Notes: a model not told the origin generated them from the sequence alone. DNA of 63,945 nt, filler included, from Squatina squatina (GCA_031763465.1; 4 parts of 4 records of this genome joined end to end with filler, not necessarily neighbours in it); one strand, 5' to 3'; positions 1 to 13,740 are shown, counted from the first letter of the whole stretch. Translations and numbers: made by a program.

Positions 1-142
1 TCTTCTGCTGTTCCTCCAGCTTCTCTTGCTTTTCTCTGACCAACTGACGTTGCTCGCGCTTCCTTTTGATCAGAGATACACGATCCTTGATGGCTTTCGC
101 CATCGTTTTGTGATCTCCTTCAGATACAAATCCAGATTCCAC
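1..142 (-). CDS. WNK1: WNK1 exon, coiled-coil after the autoinhibitory domain; runs off the window edge
   Basis: Acceptor ttattcag, then VESGFVSEGDHKTMAKAIKDRVSLIKRKREQRQLVREKQEK, nearly identical to WNK1. Confidence 0.93.
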   Translation of the reverse strand, partial: MESGFVSEGDHKTMAKAIKDRVSLIKRKREQRQLVREKQEKLEEQQK

Positions 143-432
143 CTGAATAAAGCACAATGCCATACTAAGTCAAAAACTGCAATGTTACCACATTATTAAT
201 TCAGAGAAAATTAGGATAGAAAGCCTTCAAACTTGGGGGAAAAAAAGATGTGTTATTGGCAAGATTCCCACATGCAAGTTACTTACCTTGCACAGGAATA
301 GTTTACAGATAAATGGTTTCACTTTGTTGGTGGGCAATGACAATTACATAATGCAGTTTCCGAAGTCACAAACACAGATGGGACTCAAAATCTAGTACAA
401 AATGAAGGTTTATAATTAATGCAGTGACTTAC

Positions 433-652
433 CATTTCTTGCGCCACATCCTCCGGAACATCTCTTTCTAAGTCAAATGAGAATTCTATGGCTTCATTAT
501 CCTTATACTTTCCTTTAAGCTTCTTAATATCTTCAATTCGTAGCCAAAGCTTAATTGCAAGTTTTTCTCCATCATCTTCTTCTGCCAACTCTACGCGAAC
601 ACCAGTATCTTCCTGAAAGAAGGCATGGCTTAAAAGGTCCTTGATTGCATAC
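433..652 (-). CDS. WNK1: WNK1 exon, end of kinase domain and autoinhibitory/CCT-like domain
   Basis: 220 bp, AG/GT bounded; [73 protein letters not shown]. Confidence 0.95.
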
Positions 653-1678
653 CTACAACCCAATTCAAACACAAAATGTGATCAATGAACTCTTTGTTTT
701 GCTCATTAAAATAAGTGATGTTGGTGCTGGGGAATTGGAACTCTTCCTATTTCAAACGGTCAGCATCAAGCAAATGCAGATCAGGTACCGCACAGCCAGA
801 TGCAGAATAAAACTCCCTCTAGCCATCTGCTTNNNNNNNNNNNNNNNNNNNNNNNNNNNNNNNNNNNNNNNNNNNNNNNNNNNNNNNNNNNNNNNNNNNN
901 NNNNNNNNNNNNNNNNNNNNNNNNNNNNNNNNNNNNNNNNNNNNNNNNNNNNNNNNNNNNNNNNNNNNNNNNNNNNNNNNNNNNNNNNNNNNNNNNNNNN
1001 NNNNNNNNNNNNNNNNNNNNNNNNNNNNNNNNNNNNNNNNNNNNNNNNNNNNNNNNNNNNNNNNNNNNNNNNNNNNNNNNNNNNNNNNNNNNNNNNNNNN
1101 NNNNNNNNNNNNNNNNNNNNNNNNNNNNNNNNNNNNNNNNNNNNNNNNNNNNNNNNNNNNNNNNNNNNNNNNNNNNNNNNNNNNNNNNNNNNNNNNNNNN
1201 NNNNNNNNNNNNNNNNNNNNNNNNNNNNNNNNNNNNNNNNNNNNNNNNNNNNNNNNNNNNNNNNNNNNNNNNNNNNNNNNNNNNNNNNNNNNNNNNNNNN
1301 NNNNNNNNNNNNNNNNNNNNNNNNNNNNNNNNNNNNNNNNNNNNNNNNNNNNNNNNNNNNNNNNNNNNNNNNNNNNNNNNNNNNNNNNNNNNNNNNNNNN
1401 NNNNNNNNNNNNNNNNNNNNNNNNNNNNNNNNNNNNNNNNNNNNNNNNNNNNNNNNNNNNNNNNNNNNNNNNNNNNNNNNNNNNNNNNNNNNNNNNNNNN
1501 NNNNNNNNNNNNNNNNNNNNNNNNNNNNTTCCAGTGATTCGTGCTCGACAATTCATAACTGCTTTCTGAAAATAACTACCTCCTCAAAACACAAACTTAT
1601 ACACAATTGCAAGACTCATATTTGCAGTTCAGCTTTTAAATCCCACACTGCTTCTACAGCAATGGTTGAGACATTCAC

Positions 1679-1767
1679 CGTTCATCTTTATTCTGGCGGA
1701 TACATCCTTCGATTATTTCTTTAACTTCAGGAATCGCTACCTTGTCAAAGCTGGCTGGCTTCACCCC
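1679..1767 (-). CDS. WNK1: WNK1 kinase-domain exon
   Basis: 89 bp, AG/GT bounded; [29 protein letters not shown](R); phase fits neighbouring exons. Confidence 0.95.
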
Positions 1768-2593
1768 CTAAGAAACAAAGAAATAAAAACATTAAACATA
1801 AGAGAAAAACACAAAAGATGAAAATCTGAAGTAACAGAAAATGCTTGAAATGCACATTAGATCAAGTCAGCATCTGAAACAGAAATATGGGTGTGAACCT
1901 TCATTACAACTGACTTAACCTAAAACGTTAAAGTCAGCATTGGCAAGAGAAAAAGCGAGGTTATCAAAAGTGAAGTTTCCACAACTTCTTTCGAAAAGTA
2001 AATGGCTCGTGTCCTCCTCTTAGATAATTATTACAAAGCTGTTCACTTAATATCTTTGTGTGCAAAATATGAAATTGCCAGATAAAAATAAAGTTTGCCA
2101 ATGATGGTAATATTTGTTGTTTGAAGTATATTTCCATTGATTTGTAACTCAATAATAAAAATAATTGGTTTTTTTTGGGGTGGTGGGGGAAGAAGAGAGA
2201 CTTAAAAAGGAGTGGAGGGTGATTAATGTTATGTCCCTGTCCAAAAAGGTTAAGGATAAGCGAGGCTATTAGAGACCAGTTAAATTCACATCTAAAGTGG
2301 GAAAACTGCAGCTAACAAGGATAATATGAGTGAACACTTGAGGATGCAAGCACACTACAAGTTTAGCATAAGTGAAAAAAGTAATTTCTGCTTCACACTG
2401 AAGGTAACTTGTAATGTAGCTTTCGACTCGAGGCATGGCTTTTTTAGGAGCAAGTGGAGAAGGATGTCCGACATCACTTTGGCAGTATAAACCNNNNNNN
2501 NNNNNNNNNNNNNNNNNNNNNNNNNNNNNNNNNNNNNNNNNNNNNNNNNNNNNNNNNNNNNNNNNNNNNNNNNNNNNNNNNNNNNNNNNNNNN

Positions 2594-3046
2594 AAGCTCA
2601 TGGTCTACAGGGTGGCAGTGATACCCACCCTCCTGTATGCGGAGACATGGTCAACGTACAGCAGGCACCTCAAAGCACTGTAGAAATACCACCAATGCTG
2701 CCTCCATAAAATCCTACAAATCCACTGGCAGGATAGGTGTACCAATGTCCCTGTTCTCGCTCAGGCCAACATTGAACCACTGATCACAATCAGCTGCACT
2801 GGGCGGGCCACATCATCCCCATGCCTTTCGAAACAAGCACGCTATCCCGAGCTTCGGCACAGCAAGCAACTTCCAGGAGGGCAGAAGTGCTTCAAGGACG
2901 TCCTCAATCCTCTAAGCCCCATCGAATACTACCTGCCCCACCTGTTGTCGAGCTTGCGGATCCCGGATAGGACTATTTAGTCACCTCAGAATCCACAACT
3001 CCAGAGTGGAAGCAAGTCATCCCCGACCTCGAGGGACTGCCTAAGA
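2594..3046 (+). mobile_element. RTE-clade LINE, degenerate 3' fragment
   Basis: KLMVYRVAVIPTLLYAETWSTYSRHLKAL is RTE ORF C-terminal-like; the 3' tail gagtggaagcaagtcatcc...gagggactgcctaag recurs at 60391-60455. Confidence 0.7.
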
Positions 3047-4774
3047 TTCCCCTACTCCCATCACTTCCACTGCCAGGTCACAACACCTTGTTACTCCCTG
3101 CATCCTCCCTTCCTACTCATTAGAGATCTCTCGTTCCCTCATTTCTCCCCTCTGCTTCCCCACCAGTCCCAAAAGCACATCTATAGATAGATCAAACACT
3201 TCTTGCACTATAAATAGCCTGTAGTTTCACTTGAAGGTGGTGGGGGTTCAAACAAGGTGATGCATGTAGAACAGGGCTGGTAGGCTGATGTATGTTGGCA
3301 AATTTAAAATAAATTATTTATTTTTTTTACCCACTACCTAGAGGACCAAACCTAGGAGATAGCTCTTGGAGGAGCAGCAGCAGCACCACATAGCACTGGA
3401 AGGAAAGTCAAGTTTGCTAAATATACATGTTTTACAGTTGAAAGTAGCATCCAGGTGTAAAAAAGCAAGTTGCAACACAGCAACTGTGACAAACAGGAAG
3501 CGCATGCCAATCACAGCCTTTAATGGATTATAGCACACCTCTGTGGTCTTCCTCAGTGAGTTGAAAGTATTTTCATGTTATAAAATTATCAGAAGACATG
3601 ACTGATCGGCACGAGAGCAGCTTTGGGATGTGGGAGCACTCAGGAGGCCTGGAATTGGTAGTCCTGGAATAAGGTTTTCAATTCTAGCAGTACTTTGGGA
3701 ATGGGGAGGGCAGGGGTGTCTCAAGGTCAGGGAGCACCAAGAGTAGGGCCTCTGAAAACAATGACACAGGTCCTTGAATCTGGGAGCCTTGGGAGGAAGA
3801 TCCCAGGGTGTGGGAGTATAGGGGGCAGTCCTGCATCAGGGAGCATTGAAAATGTAGTCATGGGGTTTCTCAGCACAGAATGGGTGTTCAGGGATCGGAG
3901 TGGGAAGAGGACAGGCCGAAATCGGTTAATGTGTTTCAGGGGTGTCTGGCAGTATTGGGGAAGCAAGATCCAGCAGCCTTATGAAGGAGGGCACGAGGAG
4001 AATGAGACCTTTGACCCTTTTGAATCAGGTATCACACTATCCCAAACGTTCATCTTGTTAAACACCCTCCTGCCACTGCTTTCCCTGTTGTCAGCGGTTC
4101 TAATCTTTAAGCAATAATATACTTGGTGAATATGCCAACTGACAGTCTTCAATAAACAAACTACTAGAAAACAAAGGATTCCCTCAAAACAATCAAGAAA
4201 ATGTTTCTGTAATTTCCCAACTTCTGTATAAAAATATATGCGCTGATGCCAGAAAAATGGTTCAGAGGAGAAAGGTGTTTTAACAAAATTTTCATTTGAA
4301 AGAGAGGATGCTTGCCATGACCGNNNNNNNNNNGATTTGGACAACAGCCAAACAGGAATCAAAAATTCAAACTCAACTTCCAACTGGGTTTCAATCATTT
4401 GGAAAAACAAGCTAAAATCCTTTTCAGTCTTGGACTGTGAAGAAATAGATTCTTGATAAAGAATCTTGTGCTACATTTTCTAACAAAGAAACCAGAAGTG
4501 CTACAAATCACAGGTGTGTTAATCACACATGTTGTCTGAGTTAGCAGTTCATGTTAGAAAAGGAGCCATATTTTAACTATGAAACTTGCCTGTAATAAAG
4601 CTGTGAGTTTTCAAACTTCTGCTTGCTTCCAAGTTTTTTGGAAAAAGGCAAAGAAACTCAAATCCTCAAAGAATGAGGGAGGCATCCTTTATTCCAATTC
4701 ATATCTACTTATGTCTGCTGGGGAATCAGAACAAGTGGGCATAATCTTAAAATTAGGACTGACTGAGGCATAAA

Positions 4775-5010
4775 TAAGCAGTGAAATCAGGAACCATTTT
4801 TTCCCCCCACACAAAGGGTAGGTGAAACTTTGGAATCCTCTTCCCCACAAAAAGCTGTGAATGCTGGTTCAGTTGAAATTTGAGACTGGGATCGATAAAT
4901 ATTCTAGCTTGATGCGTCAAGGGATATGGAGAAAACTAGGTAAAATCGACTTGAGAAACATCAGCCAAGACCTAACAAATGGCGGAACAGGTTCAAGGAG
5001 CTGAATTCCT
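4775..5010 (+). mobile_element. CR1-type LINE, 3' end remnant
   Basis: Degenerate FFSQRVVxxWNxLP-coding region followed by a CR1-like 3' UTR. Confidence 0.5.
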
Positions 5011-6059
5011 ATAAAATTAAACAGTATTGTTTCATTACAAAACTTAAGCTTAAAAGACTATCAATAACTAGATAAGAATGTATACAGCACTGAACTAATT
5101 ACACGGGTATCAGAACGTGCCATTTTGCAACTTGTGCACATTTAATGTAACTATGTGCAAACATCTGATTAAAATGTCTGCATGGTTAAGTTTAACAATA
5201 ACTTCCGCCCATTCTCTTCCCCCCCCACCTCCACCTCCAGGCTCAAAATAATTCAACCTGCATTTCAATCAAGGTCTACTGCACTCATGCTTTGGACTAC
5301 AGTCGAAAGGTAAAGGGGAGGCAACAGAGCATAGCTGCTTTCTACCAAACAGATCATCGGTTTTAAAAAAATCAACTTGCACAACATTCGGTGAAAGTCT
5401 GCAGTAACACCATTTGGAAACTTGTGTAATACGGTTGTGAATTCAGAGGACCATGGAATTAATAACTGAGAAAATGAACCCATCAAGTAATCAGCAAAAT
5501 ATTCAGAGGTAAGTTTAAATGTTTTACTGTTGTAATCCAGAGCTGGAATTTCAATCAGGAAAGTTGGAATAGACTGTGGTGCTGAATTAATACCCTAATG
5601 CTCAATACCAGAGTGGGGTGGACGCAGGGTCAAGTCCCATTCCATGGGGCTTGAGCACAAAAATCTAGGCTGACACTNNNNNNNNNNNNNNNNNNNNNNN
5701 NNNNNNNNNNNNNNNNNNNNNNNNNNNNNNNNNNNNNNNNNNNNNNNNNNNNNNNNNNNNNNNNNNNNNNNNNNNNNCATCAGGTTTGTTCTCATCGCAA
5801 TAAGTTACTTAAGAGCAGCCTCGTCAATCTGTTTTTCCTTCTTTTCTATAGCAAAATACCCAACTTCGATTCAGCATCGCTACTTAAAATTAACATCTGA
5901 GATCAGAAACTCACCAGGTGAAGCACTTTATTTCAGAATATATCTATTTCAAATGTGGTTCTTTCGGGAGGCCCAACAGCAGAGTGTAACATCACAAACC
6001 AAAGAAACCAGTTGAGTTGAGCCTCCCAGTGATTAGTGTGCCCCAGACAAAATCAGCAG

Positions 6060-6192
6060 CAATATTCCCTTTTAATTTTTTCCCCTGTAATTGACTGTGC
6101 AGCCCATTCAAATTTTCACGCATGCACGGTTTCTTGCATGGAAAAGCCATGAGCAGCCAGTGAGAGACCTTCAGACATAAGCAGGAACGTTA
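6060..6192. mobile_element. hAT-type MITE, degenerate copy
   Basis: Ends caatattccc...ggaacgtta; internal cccattcaaa motif shared with the copies at 17343 and 24846; degenerate TSD atcagcag/ttcagcaa. Confidence 0.55.
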
Positions 6193-6334
6193 TTCAGCAA
6201 TGTTGCTAAAAATATTGCTGCACTCAAATGACAACTGCTGCTTGCCCCAGAGTTTAACACATTTTACAGAAATAAATTTTTTAAAAACTTGAAATCTAGT
6301 ACGAGTGAGAGGTAGCCAAAGCACCACAACCCTA

Positions 6335-6505
<171 letters not shown>

Positions 6506-7624
6506 TTAAATTAAAAGAACGTTTCAGACTCTAACAGACTGTCTCAGAGTGAGTTGAGGCTGTCGGTACTCACCGATGGACGACGACGACCTGTGGGGGA
6601 AGACAAAGCGGAGGCGAAGGAGAGCCCTTCTCAGTTACTCAGCAACCTACCAACTCATAAGCTTTCTTCTGCAAGGCATCCCGAACGGTGTACAGCACAG
6701 AGTTGATCTAATGAACCCTTTGCAATTGAGCGAGCATTCCTGCAATCACNNNNNNNNNNNNNNNNNNNNNNNNNNNNNNNNNNNNNNNNNNNNNNNNNNN
6801 NNNNNNNNNNNNNNNNNNNNNNNNNNNNNNNNNNNNNNNNNNNNNNNNNNNNNNNNNNNNNNNNNNNNNNNNNNNNNNNNNNNNNNNNNNNNNNNNNNNN
6901 NNNNNNNNNNNNNNNNNNNNNNNNNNNNNNNNNNNNNNNNNNNNNNNNNNNNNNNNNNNNNNNNNNNNNNNNNNNNNNNNNNNNNNNNNNNNNNNNNNNN
7001 NNNNNNNNNNNNNNNNNNNNNNNNNNNNNNNNNNNNNNNNNNNNNNNNNNNNNNNNNNNNNNNNNNNNNNNNNNNNNNNNNNNNNNNNNNNNNNNNNNNN
7101 NNNNNNNNNNNNNNNNNNNNNNNNNNNNNNNNNNNNNNNNNNNNNNNNNNNNNNNNNNNNNNNNNNNNNNNNNNNNNNNNNNNNNNNNNNNNNNNNNNNN
7201 NNNNNNNNNNNNNNNNNNNNNNNNNNNNNNNNNNNNNNNNNNNNNNNNNNNNNNNNNNNNNNNNNNNNNNNNNNNNNNNNNNNNNNNNNNNNNNNNNNNN
7301 NNNNNNNNNNNNNNNNNNNNNNNNNNNNNNGAAAATTGAGTAAAGAGGTCTCAGCAAGACAACCAGGAAAAAAAACAAGAGAACATGAGACCCTGTGAAT
7401 AGTTTCAGATAAACTGAAACTATCTATAAAGTACAAAAATTAGGAAGTGGATGAATATAACAAGAACAGCAAAGTAGGCTACAGGTTTGCAGGGTTTTTT
7501 TTCCAATCCAATAAAATGCACTCATCTACTTCAAAGTTATATCCGTAAAGTTATTTTTCTCTACTTTCATATTCCAAAACCAACAGCCTACTAAGCAAAC
7601 TTCACTTGGTGACAATCAACTTAC

Positions 7625-7845
7625 CTATTACACTTTTTGCAAACGATGCCCTTTTTAATGTAGCAAGGCCAAGATCCCCAACTTTAACTGATCCAGTCGG
7701 GCCTGTAATGAAGATGTTGTCACATTTCAAATCTCGGTGGATGATGGGTGGCGTACGAGTATGGAGAAAATGAAGACCCTTCAAGATTTGACGGCACCAG
7801 CTTCGAAGGACCTTGATCTTCATTACCTTAAATCTCTTCAAATAG
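7625..7845 (-). CDS. WNK1: WNK1 kinase-domain exon (HRDLKCDN and DLG motifs)
   Basis: 221 bp; [73 protein letters not shown]; AG/GT bounded. Confidence 0.95.
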
Positions 7846-8059
7846 CTGAAAAGATTGAGAGACATGATATTCCAAAAGTATGGTATTCTAAATGAGCTGA
7901 CCAGATATCTTAGTTCTGACAAGTCTATTCTTGTAAATGTTTAAAACACGTGCTTTAGACCAAATGCACCCATCTGCTGACAAATAAAACAGTATTTTGA
8001 TAATGTATTTACAATGTATGCATTGGATATTCTGAACAGCTCCCCATGTGGATCAGCAC

Positions 8060-8930
8060 TTGATTGTCTTCCTTGTCTCAGCAACCAAAATGAGACAGTA
8101 TTCAAGGTTCAGTCTCAGAGCATTATATAAGCTTAAATCACAATTTTCTGTAACTTATAATACACTTACAGTTGTGTCATTTAACATTCTATTGTCTTTG
8201 TCAGTTGCTTGAATAGTGTTCCCAATTCCAGTGATCTTATAAAAATGTACAAGATAGTTAAAGGAATGGATGAAGTAAATCTCGCCCACTATTTTATGGA
8301 ACAGTAAGACAAGTGCACATGGGTTCAAACTAGGAAAAAATAATTTCGGACAACAAATCATTAAGTTTTTCTTCACAGTTGTACATCTTGTGTGTTATGT
8401 TCATCAAGACTCCTGGGTCCCTTGTAGGTTAATTCTTAGCTTTTTCAACATCATTTGTGGAGTATGCATGTTTCACACTGTTCCTTCGAACATGCAATGC
8501 TTCATGTATCTCCATACTACATTTCATCTGTCACTTTTCTCCCCAGTTACATATTTTCTTCAACTCAGCAGTTTGACCTTTCCCTCCTGGTTTTTCATGT
8601 GAAAATTTGGCCACTTCACACTGAATAGAATAAGTTGTGGTCCCAACACAGAGCAATGGGGCACCACATTCAGTACTACCCCTCCCAGCCCAATATGGCA
8701 GCTTTAATGAGTGCTCAACATCCTCAATCCCTGTCCAATTTCTTAACCATGCCCATGGTTTACAGCTTTAAATTTAACTAACAGCCTATCATGAAATTTT
8801 GCCAACTGTCTTTTGGAAGTCTAGGTACACCATGTTTGTGGGGTGTCCGTAGTTCACTTGGGATGTTGTTGAGGAGGTCGATCAGGCAGGACATCCCCTT
8901 CAGAATCCATGTTGACTGTTTGTTAGATTA
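8060..8930 (-). mobile_element. Old CR1-like LINE RT remnant
   Basis: Fragments resembling antisense RT coding sequence (YLDFQKxxDK, GVPQxSVLGP), with many stops. Confidence 0.45.
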
Positions 8931-9869
8931 ATCGTCAAATTCACTCCTGATAATGAATTCCATTGTTTCACAAAGACCGCAACAGCATTGTGGGAATATC
9001 TTCAACACAATGACTGCAGTGGTTAAGAAGAATGTCCACCACCACCTTCTCTGGGCAACTGGAAATGGGAAATAATTGTTGGCCTTGCCAGTGACACCCA
9101 TATCCTGAGAATAAAAAAAAGACAGTTGGCTGTTATTCAACCATGCAGGGCATCTCACAGAGCTCGATCCTGCTCTCACCCAATGTTCACACACTGACTT
9201 TCTAACAAGAGATCAGGAACAAGAACACTGGCCAATTTCCTCCTCTTAACTTCGTGGCACTGAGGCCAGCTTTCGCATTCCGTTGCTGCTCTGCTGCTTC
9301 AGCATAGACCAGGGATTGAACGTGGGCCCTTCCCCGGTTTGTAGCAGGCTGAGCAGCAGGAGAAGGGGTGGGTGGGGGTATTCTATGAAGTTTGACCATC
9401 TTTAATATTTCCCCTCCTCTTGCATTTGTTGACCCCTACCTCCATACAGGTATAAAAATAGACAAAGGTGAACAACTCACTACTTTTGTAAGTAAATTGT
9501 CAAATAATCAGTGACCTACCTGTCTGGTTCATCAAGGCATCGCCAAATTGAACTGCTTCTGTGCTTTGGTACGAGGCAGCTAGTGATGGCCTTTGTGGCT
9601 TCACGTGATTCCAGTCATTCTGGCATGGCATTTGTAATTAATAAAATTGCTGGACACTTTGTCCTGACGATGCTGCCTCTTTAAAAGGCTTGGTGATACC
9701 ATTGGCTGATGACATTCTGTAACAATACAACAAGTGTCAGCAAAAATTGGGGCAGATACAAATACGAAAATGAGATGAGTGAGGTTGGTATTCTTTAAGA
9801 ATGAGATCAAATGGGCTGACGGGTCTTCACCCAAACCCATCCTGCTCGCCTGGCTGGTCTCCCACCTCC

Positions 9870-10283
9870 CACCCTAAGTAAACTTGAGCTCATCCAAAAC
9901 TCTGCTGCCCGAGTCCCATTCACCCATCATCCCTGTGCTCGCTGACCTACATTGGCTCCCGGTCCGGCAACGCCTATATTTTAAAATTCTTATCCTTGTG
10001 TTCAAATCCCTCCATGGCCTCACCGTTGCTCCTCCAGCCCCACAACCCTCAGATCTCTGCACTCCTCCAGTTTTGGCTTCTTGCGCATCCTCAGTCTCAA
10101 TCGCTCCAACTTTGGTACCTCTCCACCACTCTCCTTTAAGACGCTGCTTAAAACCTACCTCTCTTACCAAGCTGTCGGTCACCTGTTCTAATATCTCTGT
10201 GCTCGGCGTGAAATTTATTTGCCAACACTTGTTGGGCTGTTTTACTATAATAAAAGGTGCTTTATAAATGCAGGTTGTTGTTG
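9870..10283 (+). mobile_element. L2-clade LINE, 3' end
   Basis: PIIPVLADLHWLPVRQRLYFKILILVFKSLHGL motif; tail aaaggtgctttataaatgcaggttgttgttg. Confidence 0.8.
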
Positions 10284-11679
10284 CAACACAGTCCCCCTTC
10301 CTGAATGTCAAAATGTATAAAAACACCACAGCCAGCATGTGTGTGAGTCAGAATGATACTGGAATTACTGTCCCATCATTCTGCCTGCAGCACAAACCGA
10401 ATCATTCGAGAATATCCTGCTTTATTTACTCAGGCATCTCCTGAAACCCAATGCTGTCAGTCAGCTAAAGTACCTCCTGGGGGGTCGGGGAAAGGAGAGG
10501 GTGGGGGCTGTGGAGAGAGAAACGGCACCTCCCAAAATGCTGTGGGTGACTTGTGCAGTTGGAGACAGCCATTAGGATTTTCTCCCTGCAGGGCAGGGAG
10601 TGAGTTACCCGAGTCAATTCAACAGGTGGTTTTAGCTGTCTGACTGGCCTTGCCCAGGAAGCATTGAGATATCACAAACAAGTTGGTGCAATATATACTG
10701 AAATACCAGTAGGTAGGGCCACAGAGTGTGTCATTTTACCTGCCCACCCACACAACGATCTTTTGTGCTGTACAATGATTGTTTACTCTGTANNNNNNNN
10801 NNNNNNNNNNNNNNNNNNNNNNNNNNNNNNNNNNNNNNNNNNNNNNNNNNNNNNNNNNNNNNNNNNNNNNNNNNNNNNNNNNNNNNNNNNNNAGGACAAC
10901 ATTCACAATAACAAAATTAGGGAAAACGTCATTAAAATTATCAATGTCTCTTCCATCTGTATCTTCAAAAAGTACAGTTTCTTACACTGATTGAGTGAGT
11001 GGGGTATGCGGGAAGCCAATACCTTCTTAAGTTAGGTTTAGAATTTTTAATTTCCAGGTTGCTTTGTACTGTGGTATTTGCAGAAGCCAGGATAAAGACT
11101 CAGCAGTGCTCAGTACTGCAGTCACAGAGCCAGTCATTATCAGCCTCCTGCTGTCATGTAAGACAGATTTTCCTCACTCCAACAGACAGCAATAAGAGCC
11201 CAAAGGAGCCAAAAAAACAGCGAGTGGAGATTGAATTTTGAGGCACAGAGCAAACAGAACAGGGAGGGATTGATATTTGTTGGCTGGCCAAACGAATTCA
11301 GTGGTTGCTTTGCAATCTTATTACAACGGTGCACTGATCCAGAACAGTAGCAAGAGCCAGTTAGTGGTAGGGAATGAAGACTCACAAGAGCAAAGCAATG
11401 GGGTGTAATGTGTTCATTTCATTGTGATTACAGTTGATGCTGTTGAGCTTTGCTGTTCTTCAGGCAGTGTTTTCCCCCCCTTTTCCTCTTCCTTGGATTT
11501 TATTTCCCCTGCATCATTTTGATTTCCCTTATTGACACTTCATTTGCATCTGCCTTCTCTTCATTTTGATTTTGACTTAATTTTTAGGATGAGTGGCATC
11601 TCATGCGAATTGTATCGATAATGAATGCAGTTATACCAGGGATTATGCATCACCACTGCATAGTGAATTAATATGTGCT

Positions 11680-12100
11680 GCTTCACTGTGGCTGGGCCGG
11701 AGTCAGATCTGCTACTGCTGCTGGTTGTACTCCCGACATGATTGCAACCGTAGACATCGGGTGAACGGACGGGGGCCCGAGGTGGTTCATCGCCAATTCC
11801 CGCGACTGTGCTTCCGTCTTTCGTACTGCCATCAGTGCAGTTTTCGCATTTTTCTTCGGCAATTACAGGAACTGCTGCAGTGATAGGGTCAACAGTCGTT
11901 GCTTGTACTGGAGGCTGCGCTTCGTTATTATTGGTGACATTGCTTATTAATATAGTTGCATTATCCGATTCGGGTGGAGAAACGATAATGCAGGTCTTAC
12001 TGGGCAGATGATCCAACGCGGTCACGTTGGAATCGCAAATCACACTCCTCCTGATGAAACGTTGGTGCTCTGCTTTGCTGTCCTTGTCCATAGTATGTCT
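11680..12100 (-). CDS. WNK1: Partial WNK1 exon 1 (N-terminal region); gap at the 5' side, 3' boundary uncertain
   Basis: RHTMDKDSKAEHQRFIRRSVICDSNVTAL matches the WNK1 N-terminal RHTMDKDS...RFFRRSVICDSNATAL motif; CpG-rich. Confidence 0.8.
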
Positions 12101-12271
12101 NNNNNNNNNNNNNNNNNNNNNNNNNNNNNNNNNNNNNNNNNNNNNNNNNNNNNNNNNNNNNNNNNNNNNNNNNNNNNNNNNNNNNNNNNNNNNNNNNNNN
12201 GGTGAGGACATGACCAGGTTCGGCTGCAGTGCCCTCTGTGGTCAATGTGCCTGCTGATGCTCACCACCTAC

Positions 12272-13740
12272 AGCAGCAACATTGCATTTACATAACGCCT
12301 TTAACATAGAAAAACATCCTCAGGTGTTTTACAGAAGCGCAAGGAAATAAAAATGGATCCTGAGTCAAATGTGAGGAGGGCTGATCACAAACGTAGCCGA
12401 AGTGGTGGATTTTAATGAGGCTCTTGAAGGGTAGAGGTTAGCAAGGAAATTCTAGGTGGCTGAATCACACATGCCAATGGTGAGTCTAGGTCAATGGAAA
12501 TACTCAAAACTGAGGTTAATAGATTTTTGTTAAGTAATGGTTATGAGGGTTATGGCACCAAGGTGGGTAAATGGAATTAAGGACAGATAAGACATTGAAT
12601 AGCAAACAGGCATGAGCTGTTGAATGGCCTACTCCTCTTTCTCCCTTCCTGTGAAGGGTGGGAGATGTGCAAGAGGCTAGAGTTAGAGGAACACAGCATT
12701 TGGAAGGGGGTGTGGTTATAGGGATAGCCGCGGTTATCGAGAAGGGGCGAGACGTAGAAATTTTTAAACCAAAGGATGAGAATTTTAAAATTGAGACTTT
12801 GAGCGAGCAAGGGCCCATGTAGGTCAGTAAGAATGGGGTATGGCCAGCAGAATTTGAATGAGCTGGAGTTTACGGAGGGTCAAGGATGGGAGACTGACCA
12901 GGAGAACATTGAAGTAATCAAGTCTGGAGGTGACACAGGCATGGATGTGGGTTTCATCAGTAGATGGGCTGAGGTAGGGGTGGAGGCAGGCAAAGTTGCA
13001 GAGGTGGAAGTTGGCAGTCTTTGTGATGGAGAGTATATAGGGTCAGAAGCTCAGTTTGGGGTCGAATAGGACAGACATATAATGAACAGTCTAGTTCAGG
13101 CTGACCTAATGGTCAGGAAGAAGGAAGGAATTGAAGGCAAGAGTACAGAGTTTATGGCGACAAACAAACACAATGGCTTTGGTCTTGTCCATTTTTAACT
13201 GGAGGAAATTGCAGCTCATCCAAGGCTGGATTTCAGTCAAGCAGTCAGACAATGCAAAGGCAATGGAGGGGTTAAGAGAAGCGGTGGAGGTATATCTGGA
13301 TGTTGTCAGCATGCATGTGGACGTTGATCCCATGTCTGCGAATGAGATTGCCATGGGGCAGCATGTAGATGAGGAAGCGGAGGGGGCCAAAGATAGGCCC
13401 TTGGGGGATTCTGGAGATAGCGGTGTGGGGCATAGGAAGGGAAGCCATTGCTGGAGATGCACTGGCTATGATTGGATAGGTAAGAGTGGAACCAAGTGAG
13501 GGCAGACCCACTGAGCTGGAAAATGGAGGAGAGATGTTGGGGGAGGATAGTGCTGTTGTCCATGCCAAAGGCTGCAGAGTGGTCAAGCTGGATGAAGAGC
13601 AATAAAGCACAGGATTACAGTCACAGAGGATGTCATTTGTAACGTTGGTTAGGGCTGTTTCAGTTCTGTGGCTATAGCAGAAACCTGATGATGGAAATTC
13701 AAAGAGGGATTTGTGGGAAAGATGAGTGCAGATTTGGGAG
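12272..13740 (-). mobile_element. L2-clade LINE RT fragment, interrupted by a short CR1 3' piece at about 12517-12650
   Basis: Frameshifted SAAFGMDNSTIL...SALTWFHSYLSN, IPQGPIFGPLRFLIYMLP...HMHADNIQIY (YADD-like); L2 tail near 12280. Confidence 0.8.

Noticed and set aside
645-1724. Long ORFs in the ORF track here, at 6576-7436, at 46281-46683 and across other gaps
   Set aside because: They are read-through of N runs, not coding sequence
9520-9716. Minus-strand splice-bounded segment as the missing WNK1 exon 2
   Set aside because: Stops in all frames and no similarity to WNK1 exon 2
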